A stretch of DNA of 45,752 bases from contig JYFJ02000811.1 of the NCBI GenBank assembly GCA_000934665.2, positions 62,001-107,752 on the forward strand, given 5' to 3'. The stretch is from Catajapyx aquilonaris. Taxonomy: Eukaryota. Positions 37,143-45,752 of the stretch are shown one piece after another; position 1 is the stretch's first letter; each line of letters starts with the position of its first letter. The notes below the pieces were generated by a model. The model saw only the letters and a list, made by a program, of their open reading frames with translations, was not told the DNA's origin and did not search any database. Position numbers and translations under genes: made by a program.

Positions 37143-40100
37143 TTACGTGCAGGGTGTCAGTAATATAGAGAATATGATCCGGCAGCCATTGTTCCATTGC
37201 ACTATTCAGTATTCAATTAAAATCGGTTGTAGACTTGCAACGTACAGGAATAGGTCGCTTTTGGGCAATCGAGGGGGGTGGGTAACAGCAAACGGGACCC
37301 GCCATTACTGTAATTAAACCCAGAGGGTTCATTTATTAATCGCTAATCACCGGACCAATAGCGGAATGTGCACACCGTTTGCCCAATCCAATTGGGTTGG
37401 GCCCTTCATTAGGGGCTCTAATTGAGGGATTATTTGCTTGATTGTTTTTAATACTCGGTGAAAAACTGTTTTCCCCTCCCGTGTGTGGTACACGCTGCAT
37501 GTAAATGAACTAATTTTCGCATCCAGGGCACCCCACCACTCTGCCGCTACACTAATGACGGTACCGGTACTGCTTAGGGGGGAAAAGGTCTGCGAAACAA
37601 TTGATGGCACATTGTTATACTTTTATTCTTTGTTTATCAGCATTACCGTGTCCAACACTGGAAAAAATTAAGGGGATGGTACGTGGAGTTCAATGGAATA
37701 TATCACTGCTTCCTGGAGGAAATGGCATCAGGAATCTGTATCAAATGTACTGTAAAATGTACAGAAGGTTTTAGAGTCCAATGTGCACTGAAAGAATTAC
37801 AGAAGAGCTTTCGTCGCTGAGCATTTAGCATGGCAAAGACTGGTTAAAGGAATTAAACCTATCACACCATCGCCTTTTGGCCAGGAAAAGTTCCCAAACA
37901 GGCCTGGAAGATCTGATAATAAAAAAAGAGGAAACCACCACTATTTTTTTCCGCCTCTTTCCCTTGCTAGTTCGATGTCAACCATTTCGACTTCACATGT
38001 AACGGCCCACACTATAGGTTTGTATGTTGTGCTCGGTCCGTATGAGACGAGCTATAACAAAAAAAAAAAAAAAAAGTTGGCGTAAAAAAATTTCTGCCGG
38101 ATGCACACCTCATAAAATGCTACATCTGATAGTGAGCAAGACTTTTAAAAAAGAACGTCATACGAGGGACTCTTTGGAAGCCAAGAAGTGGCGGCAAAAG
38201 CTGATACTGCGGCTCGTGACTGTGAAATTTGTGGTGCGCGGGGGCGGGGCATGTTGATTAGAAAGTTCTCTGGCCTCTTTGGATGCGAAACTTGAGGATT
38301 TAAGATCGGTTTGGCTCATTTAATCTGGGCCTGTAATCTGGGCCCAAATCCTCCACAATCGCCTGCAAATCTGAGGAGCAAATTAATTTTAATGGTGTTA
38401 GTTTCTAAGGACTTTGCAACAAGGAGATGTTATTAATGATCACGTGAGGAAAGGTGGAGTATTAGCGATGTATATATATATATATTTTTTTGCTGCTTTC
38501 CCAAAACTACTTTATTTGTCTCCCGTGGTGTGTATAGAGGCGAGCATGACTGTCCAAAGTTGTATCGCTGCTGTTTAGCAGCTGGCAGCATATAAAGCGG
38601 CGACAGTCACGACTGGAGGGGGGTCTGAGTCCATAACTGGAGTGTAAATCACGGACCTGAGCAACTTCGCTCGCAGTAAATGACTGAGGTGTCCAAAGTA
38701 AAGAATTCCTCCCAAAGTGTCTGACCAGATGTGAGGAAACGAGCTTGGAAATAATGGGCTATTTGCTGACATTGTACTGCGAGGCTACATTGGTGCGTGT
38801 ACTAATAATAGTGATAGATGCTAACAAAAATGGGGCAAGATTGTTTGTTTTTTATTATTGCTAAATGATAGGTAGAGAACAAGTAGTTTGACCGTCATCA
38901 GAATTTTAAACTGTAAGGGCAGCTGATAAGTCTTGCCTTAAAATCAAATAAAAATTATATTCGGTGATATTGTTACTCTTTATCAGTCAGTTCAGTATAA
39001 CCGGTTATCCACAGTTCTATAGATCTTTGAAAGTGGGCAAGTTGTTTATTAAAGGTTGCACTTAATTGCGGTTTTATTGTTAGACATTAACTATTACGGA
39101 AATCATGTTTGCTTTGATAGGTTTGTGTCGAAGCAATCTGTAACGGCCTCCTGATAAGAATGCCTGTTGGCATAAAAGGCATTTAAAATAAACCCAACAA
39201 GAGCATCACTTCAGAAAAAAATGTCCAATAATATTTCAAGTTGAAAGTCAACAGTTTTGTTCCCTTAATCGGCCTATTTTCCCCCCAGAAAAATTAGCAA
39301 TTCCTTAGTTAACACCTAGTAAAAACTTTGTATTACAATAGCCTATTAGTCGCGTAATTAAATGTAATAATATTATTGCTGCCTATACACTTGGAAAAAT
39401 GATGCAATAAATTACCAGATAAAAATATTCAAGAATATAAGAAGTATCGCAAGTATAGACGTATACTGTAGATATCCTCTGGGAAGGAGTTATTTAGGCA
39501 GATACAGTTCCTAACATGTGTATGATGTAAGTACTTTATAACGTCTGTAAACAATAATAACACAGCCACTGTTTCAGAGAAGCTGCAATATAAACCAGCC
39601 GCATTTTTTTATATATACGTACGTACTAGGAATTAATAATGAAAATAATGATAGCCTACTCAATAATATATTGCTTGTACAGTAGTATGTAACAGTGGTA
39701 ACAGTAACAACACCGATAGATTAGGCTTATACTGTATTTTACATGGGTTCTGCTAGGGATACGGGCCCGATGCACTATACCTACACTTGAATTTTCATAT
39801 CCCGTCGAATAATAATAGATTGTCGTTTCTAGACTATCTAGAATAATGACCCTAGACCTAGAGGCAGCCTCCATTCAGATGAGAGTTTTGATAAATTCAG
39901 CCAATGCCGTGAAGAGAGCAATGTGGCTCCCCCGGTACAAATGCTGACCCCTGTTGGGTTGAACGGGAAGGGCAGGAAATAGCTATCCAGCTGCTTCACT
40001 CCGCTCCTGACATCTGTTGCCCAGGATTTCATTGCTTCAGAGCACTGAGACCAGAGTCCGAGACAGCTCGGCCTTCTTCCGTCTGAGAGAGTATCCGATT

Positions 40101-40260
40101 TCTCAAGATTGACTGGCTCTCAGGGTAATACCAAGCTTTGAGAAGTAGGCATTTCATGAATACCTGTACTTTGAGTTGCGCAATACAAGTTTTCCTTAAA
40201 AACGCTTAAATAAGGTTAGGCCTACCTGCTTTCAAATTACCTCAGCTCGGCTATTATACT

Positions 40261-40321
40261 TTAAATTAACTTCAATAGATATTGTACAGTAACTGTACAC
40301 TGTCTATTGAAGTTAATTTAA
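40261..40321. repeat. Near-perfect 61-bp palindrome
   Basis: 30-bp arms around a single central base, 28/30 complementary. Confidence 0.92.
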
Positions 40322-40553
40322 TTTTGAGGGTTATCACCTTCTTCTCCCGAATCCTTCAGTTGTAGATGGTTACACGGTAAAAAATTTCCTTCAACGTTAA
40401 ATTTGTCCTTACCTCCCAGCACCATCTATACAGAATGTTCCTGTTGTGAAGATGGGTATGCTTTTTACGTGTCAAATAATAACTTACAATTAAATTATTG
40501 AGCTCATGTGCAACTAACAATAAGGAATGAATGTTACACAATTACGAGAAATA

Positions 40554-40559
40554 TTTATT
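40554..40559 (-). terminator. Candidate polyadenylation signal of the CUB gene
   Basis: First AATAAA on the minus strand downstream of both stop codons, followed by U/GU-rich sequence. Confidence 0.45.
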
Positions 40560-40876
40560 TCTAACAATAAGGTACGTCTTAAACACACCTGGTATAACAA
40601 TAATACAAGCATTCTTACCTGCACTCTTTGGCATTTACTTGAATAAAGCACTCGAGCTCGGCGCAAATTTAAACATCAAAATCAAAGAATTTTTTAACTA
40701 AAATCAAAGCAATTTAGTTTAGTAATTTGTTGTAGAAACCGTACGAAAATATAAATACGAACTGGTATAAAATTACACAACACGGATGCAATTGCAACGA
40801 CAATGTCCCAACAACACTTTGTACTTTAAAAAAACCGAAAAAGCCACAAAACCTGCTTGGTAAATTGCAACGTGAT

Positions 40877-41004
40877 TCAAGAGCTGCGCATTCTTCCTTG
40901 GTTGCACGGTTGCTGAAAGAACATTAAACAGAATCCTCTGTTCTGATCATCTCCCATTTCGTTGTCATCTGTGTGGTAGTACACGCGAAACGGTTTGACG
41001 TAAC
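40877..41004 (-). CDS. Secreted CUB-domain protein, duplicated alternative terminal coding exon 8b (distal; predicted 443-aa isoform)
   Basis: Long polypyrimidine tract, acceptor ctttctaaag|GT (phase 1), 128 nt to TGA. SYVKPFRVYYHTDDNEMGDDQNRGFCLMFFQQPCNQGRMRSS*, 23/34 aa identical to exon 8a with no gaps. Confidence 0.85.
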
Positions 41005-41243
41005 CTTTAGAAAGAGAGAAAGAAAAGAAAGCAAAGCAACGTAACTACTCTTCCTGCAAAAATGCATCCAAATAAATATGCAATAATGCCCAAGAAGGTT
41101 ATGAAAACAAATAATAAATATGGTTACAAAAAAATCGACATCTTCTCAGGGAGGATCCGGTGTGAGTTGTTGGAAAAGTATATACCTCTCCAGGTATCTT
41201 GTAGTTGGTACAGTATCATACACAAGTGTCTTGCGTGTGAGTC

Positions 41244-41365
41244 TTAGCCACCCATGCCGGATGTGCAAGGTTGTTGGATGTACTGCAGGCAGAAGCCCCT
41301 GTTTCCAGAGTCGTTGTTCTCGTTGGCGTCCGTGTGGTAGTATATGTAGAATGGCTTCACGTTGC
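41244..41365 (-). CDS. Secreted CUB-domain protein, terminal coding exon 8a (proximal; predicted 441-aa isoform)
   Basis: Acceptor actctgcttcag|GC (phase 1), 122 nt to TAA. SNVKPFYIYYHTDANENNDSGNRGFCLQYIQQPCTSGMGG* carries the family C-terminal PF...HTD..E....NRGFCL.Y.QQPC motif. Confidence 0.9.
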
Positions 41366-41690
41366 CTGAAGCAGAGTAGCCATCTGAGTTTCATGCTTGT
41401 CAACATTAGTGGTGGTGTTGTGCTATTTGACTTGTCAGTGTCGGTTGTCGTCAAGTGTCGCAAGAGTGTCCAGGCATGCTCTTAACCTTAATATCCAAGC
41501 CGGACTCAAAAGCCTTCAAAATATATGTAGCGTTGAGTCACATGCAGGCCAGTAAGCTATACCCATGACTACCACCGCAGAACAAAGTCACACTACACTC
41601 GGTTCTAGGTCAGAAGAGCAGCACAATTTGCATATAGCACTTGTCACCTTTCTCATGCCCATCTCCGCATAAAAAAGCAAAATTACTCAC

Positions 41691-41924
41691 TGAAAACGGG
41701 CGCCGCTTGATTGGATGTCTCACTGTTGAAAGTGTCTCCGCAGATTCTGTCCTGACATATGGAGTTGGCCGCCTGTTGCAACCTTCCAGTGTTGGTGGCG
41801 CAAGGGATGTTGATCCAGTCGGTTTGGCAGCTGGTTGGCCCCACCTGGGCACCCACGGGGCTGCCCTGGTTGCCCGTCAAGGAGAAGGCTCTTGAACGCT
41901 GGTTCGGTGATCCAGGGACTTGGG
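41691..41924 (-). CDS. Secreted CUB-domain protein, coding exon 7
   Basis: Acceptor gtctgtag|CC, donor TTC A|GTGAGT, 234 nt. AFSLTG...SCQTDWINIPC...DRICGDTFN...APVF. Confidence 0.9.
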
Positions 41925-41977
41925 CTACAGACGACAACCATTAGAATATTCCGGATGTTGACACCTAAGTAACGTAC

Positions 41978-42142
41978 TGTTATCCTGGCATGCGGTGTAG
42001 CGGATGCTGCAGAAGTTTTGCTCCATCCGAATGCATAGTGAGTAGTCTTGGTTAGACAGCTGCTGACCTGCGGACAGGTCGAAGTTGAAGGACCGGAGGT
42101 ACCCTGAAACTCCGCTGTGGTATTGCAGGCATCCGTCCGGAG
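41978..42142 (-). CDS. Secreted CUB-domain protein, coding exon 6 (start of second CUB-like domain)
   Basis: Acceptor ttgttgcag|CT, donor AAC A|GTACGT, 165 nt. APDGCLQYHSGVSGYLRSFNF...QLSNQDYSLCIRMEQNFCSIRYTACQDN. Confidence 0.92.
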
Positions 42143-42196
42143 CTGCAACAATCAACCATAACTATTCAGCCCAATGGGTAATGACGGAATACAAAC

Positions 42197-42322
42197 CTCT
42201 AAGCAGGGCGTGGCATGGTATTTGGGTGATTTTGACCTTCCAGGACCTTCCGAAGCTGTTTCCGCTCGTGACAAACGTCAGGGTGACAGGACTGGACACC
42301 GCATTGCCTACGTCTACGTACA
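42197..42322 (-). CDS. Secreted CUB-domain protein, coding exon 5
   Basis: Acceptor tattttcag|TG, donor AGA G|GTTTGT, 126 nt. MYVDVGNAVSSPVTLTFVTSGNSFGRSWKVKITQIPCHALLR. Confidence 0.9.
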
Positions 42323-42383
42323 CTGAAAATAGAGCACTCGTGTAACTCGCAGTACTTCTTTGTTGCCTTCTGCATATACGTAC

Positions 42384-42644
42384 TGTGATTCCCTGTGTTG
42401 ATTCCGCAGATGGTAGGCACCGGCTGTCCACCCCCAACAATGAACTGGTCATTCTGGCAGAGTCCGTTTATGGCCGGTTGGGCGATGGCGAACGAGTCAA
42501 AGTCAAGCCTCAGCTGGCACACGTCCGGAGAGCACTTGTGGATGGTCAGTTGACACGACCCGGTGCCGTCGTACGAACTGGGGTATCCGCCGTTCACGAA
42601 GTAGGTGCAATTCTGGTCCGTCTTGTCTCCGCATGTGTGCGTGA
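42384..42644 (-). CDS. Secreted CUB-domain protein, coding exon 4 (first CUB-like domain)
   Basis: Acceptor catggcag|TC, donor CAC A|GTACGT, 261 nt. TCGDKTDQNCTYFVNGGYP...CQLRLDFDSFAIAQP...CQNDQFIV...ICGINTGNH. Confidence 0.92.
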
Positions 42645-42711
42645 CTGCCATGAACGACATGTTGCGAGTAGTTTCATAGTTGGTATACACTCATAGCTAT
42701 AATACACTCAC

Positions 42712-42864
42712 ACACGCAGCAGACGCCGTACCCTCCAGCGCAGTGTCCGCTGGACGATCCTCCTCTCCAGGCACACTCCTTGGCAGTGTAGCATGTTCCA
42801 TTGTCACCGGACGCAGAGTGACACTCGGTGTTCTCGAACTGGATCACGTTGAACAGGGACAGAA
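42712..42864 (-). CDS. Secreted CUB-domain protein, coding exon 3 (N-terminal six-Cys module)
   Basis: Acceptor tctctccag|TT, donor GTG T|GTGAGT, 153 nt. LSLFNVIQFENTECHSASGDNGTCYTAKECAWRGGSSSGHCAGGYGVCCV is the typical N-terminal module of this arthropod-expanded CUB family. Confidence 0.92.
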
Positions 42865-42956
42865 CTGGAGAGATAGACACGTCTAGAAAATATCGGCAGT
42901 ACCAACGTTATACTGGGATGCCGCTGGTTGTGTCCGACTCGCATGGGGCTACTCAC

Positions 42957-43068
42957 ATCTGCCGTCCCTCGCCGTCGCGGTGTCCGTAACGTTCTGGACA
43001 ATGGTTGCGTTGGATATCACCGGACTCTGGGCTGGACCTCTTCTAAAACTGACCGCCGGGGTCCGGTT
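42957..43068 (-). CDS. Secreted CUB-domain protein, coding exon 2 (linker ending in RDGR)
   Basis: Acceptor gtattgtag|AAC, donor AGA T|GTGAGT, 112 nt (phase 0 to 1), open frame NRTPAVSFRRG...TATARDGR joining exon 3 as RDGRFLSLFNVIQF. Confidence 0.8.
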
Positions 43069-43142
43069 CTACAATACGCAAAATACGGTACCCAAAACAT
43101 GTTACGTCTACACTTAGACAGGTATGGTAATGCAGTACGCAC

Positions 43143-43295
43143 CATGTAACCGGCGATCTTCCCGAACCACGACCCGATGCCGAACATGGGCTGGTTTCGT
43201 GAGTGCCTCGATTCGCGCCACGGCTCCGGATGGAATGGGTCGGCAGCCACCAGGGTCAGCAACAATGCCAATCTCCAACACAGCGTCATGACCAT
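43143..43295 (-). CDS. Secreted CUB-domain protein, coding exon 1 (signal peptide)
   Basis: Acceptor ctgtatag|G then ATG; MVMTLCWRLALLLTLVAADPF is signal-peptide-like; donor ATG|GTGCGT (phase 0); 153 nt. The second Met (43289) is an alternative start. Confidence 0.8.
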
Positions 43296-43539
43296 CCTAT
43301 ACAGGGCAAATCAGAACTCATCGTTGTTGTCCAAAACAAGTAGAAAATGTGAGGGTGAAGAATGTCAAAAGTCCAACAGGTATGAGTTCCCCTTAGACAC
43401 ACGCGGCCACCCGCATGACACCTTATCCTGAAATGTAGGCTATACGTCGTTACCAGTTGGGTTTTCGACATTTATCTCTCCTACATTTTAGAGTCATTCT
43501 AGTCGCTGGCTAGTAGCTGGCTGGATAGTTCTGACTCAC

Positions 43540-43620
43540 CCTGTATACACCTACGACCGACACACTCCCGAGTCCCACCAGCTTTTGACCGGTTGTCTCC
43601 TGGACTGCTCGGTTTTTATA
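43540..43620 (-). promoter_or_regulatory. TATA box and probable non-coding first exon of the CUB gene
   Basis: TATAAAAA at 43620-43613, expected start near 43590, consensus donor CAGG|GTGAGT at 43540/43539, and a matching acceptor one base before the ATG (43296). Confidence 0.65.
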
Positions 43621-44340
43621 CAGGGCGGAACCCTCTGACGGAAGGGAGGTAGTGGGGGGAAGGGAGGGCCAACAAAGAGGGGCTTCATTGTCATTGTCAC
43701 GGACCATCTTGCGGTCAACTAGCGCACAGAACGTTTGATGTGGGGCATTGTTTCAAACGCTTGGCGGACGGCAACATGAGTTTAGAAAGTCGACCTTCTC
43801 AATTTCTCTGGCTGGGGGAAAGTAATTAAGGGCATGTGACACCTTTAGTGGGTTTGTTGGTCAGCGGCTGGGGGAATGCCCAACAATGGCTTCCGACCGT
43901 TTCCGGAGGGAATTATCTAGTGCATTAAGTGGAGGCCAGCAGAAGAGGCCATTTTGCACGAGGCTAAGCAAATATGGGCCCTCTTCAGACTATAAAAGTC
44001 GGGAGGTGTAAACCAGAACCGTTTCCATAATATGAGTTGGAGGCTTTACAGCCTCTGTTACATTGTTTGTCAATAATTGTTAAGTCACTGCTACATACAG
44101 CGCGTAAAGCAGAGGACGTCGTTAGATTTGCAATGCGCTTACTATATACGCGATTGTTAATAGCATTACTTTTCTGTGCAGACGCCCACAGTGTTTCAAT
44201 TACCGGTAATTGTCACATTATTTATTTATTTATTTACTTGTTTTTTTGTTTATGTTTATGCTGCAGGTAGCTAACACCTTACAAAATAATAGTATTAAAT
44301 TATAGCAGAAGAATTACAATTGCTAAGTTAAGCAATTCAG

Positions 44341-44730
44341 CAGGGTCATTCCATGTCAATTCACCGAGCTTTTAAGGAAAATTGACCCTTGGGTTGTCAG
44401 ATTATGACGAAAATCGGCGAATCGCTTTAATTACGTCTTTCAAAAATACCATTTGCGCGGTTTTGAGATTTACCCCCCCTCCCCGGAGATAGGCCCACCG
44501 AAAAAAAAAGTCATTTTCGGAAGGTATAGGGTTTCAGAAATCGGTCATATCTCGTGAACCAATTGAGCTACAGACGTCGTAGACCGCTCCCTTTGAAGAG
44601 ATTCGAGAGCCCAATCTCACTAAGGATTGAAAATTCGTATTTTGACATTTTTGAAAATTTTGTCCCATTTTCAAAATTTCAAATTTTTTTAAAAAAAAAT
44701 CCGCCTAATTTAAAAATCCGATTTTTAAAT
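44341..44730. mobile_element. Possible truncated non-autonomous DNA transposon fragment
   Basis: Begins with a TIR-like CAGGGTCATTCCATGTCAA and has phased A/T tracts typical of such elements. No matching second end or transposase was found. Confidence 0.3.
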
Positions 44731-45752
44731 AATGTTGTAGCTCAGACCCTTTCCCTCACATAGAAAAAAATCCCAGGAGGACTTTTTTGATTTAAGGAAA
44801 ATAATTGCATTTGAAGGAACGCATGTGCGCCTTGAAAGTACGCAATGGGGCCAAATATAGGCCCTAATCAGTCCCAGAATGATCCATGAACAGTTATCTA
44901 AATAGACACTGTCTGATGGGATGACTAACAGTGCTGAAGAGGAAATGCATGGTACTGTATTTATTACAAAAATGGTCCTTTTGCTATTTTTACAAAATTT
45001 CAAAGACTGTCAAGAATTGAGATTTGCGCATAAGAAAAAGTGCGCTGATTGATTGCACACAGCAGCTTCATTAGTTGCTTATTTAAAAGAAAGAAAGACG
45101 GGAATTAGCCTATTATATTGCCCCGCACTGTCGGTACAGGGCCACGGGCGGGAACAGGCCGGTGAGAATAGGTGAGTAGCAGATGGGAGAGATCACACGC
45201 GCGCACAAACATTTTCCTCATTCACGCAGTATTTTCCCACTTCTTGGAGGAAACATTAATCCCACCTCTCCCCCCCCCCCTCTCTCTCTCTCTCTCGAGG
45301 TCGAACCTTTTGCTGACTTTCCCAAGGCCTGTTTATGCCCTCGCGAAGTGAGCCCAGTTCGCGCGACCAGGGTGCTTTGGCAACGATAACGGTGCCCACC
45401 AGAGATAATGTCGGAACGAATCGAGCGCATGCGACCGTTTTTCTCCCAAGGAGTCTTTTCCGCAACCTCTGCTTCTCCTCCATCCCCCATCTACCCACTC
45501 CCTCTGCCTATATTGGTCTGGTCACCCTGCTGAGAATTTTAAATATGACCAATCAGGGTCCGGGTGGAGCCTCCCCCCTTGCAACTCTCCGTGTTCATCT
45601 GGCCACTCCACACTACGTCTCTGTCGAGACCATTTGCCAACTACCATTCTATTTCCGCAGCTGTAAAGGTAATTGTGAATGCATATTTTGGGTTTTCTTT
45701 GTTTCAGGGCAAAGGCGAAGGGACTCAGCCAGAGAAAACCGACATCCAGCAC

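Noticed and set aside
39838..40625. Splice-like signals and short minus-strand frames downstream of the CUB gene (possible third terminal exon)
   Set aside because: No PF...HTD...RGFCL similarity and no coherent reading frame.
1..45752. Prokaryotic-type systems (CRISPR array, operons), rRNA, tRNA, intact transposase or reverse transcriptase
   Set aside because: None seen; the window is intron-rich animal DNA and the remaining short ORFs lack recognisable domains.

Overview
Eukaryotic, most likely arthropod, genomic DNA with two spliced genes on the minus strand separated by about 22 kb with no recognisable coding sequence. (1) The 5' half of apterous (Lhx2/9 LIM-homeobox): a 45-nt first coding exon (18685-18641, MGVFEEAPASPGMHW; too short for the ORF track), a LIM1 exon (9399-8672) and a LIM2 plus KGRPRKRK exon (4682-4207). 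No homeodomain exon was found, so it presumably lies left of position 1. (2) A complete secreted Cys-rich/CUB-type gene (43295 to 41244 or 40877) with a TATA box, a probable non-coding first exon and seven shared coding exons. Its last coding exon is present twice in tandem (41365-41244 and 41004-40877). Both copies are intact, phase-compatible and diverged mainly at synonymous sites, which points to two alternative C-termini completing the same CUB fold. This is the most notable finding. The rest contains hairpins or palindromes, degenerate tandem repeats, microsatellites and candidate regulatory motifs. All exon boundaries and counts were derived by hand, and no database search was run.
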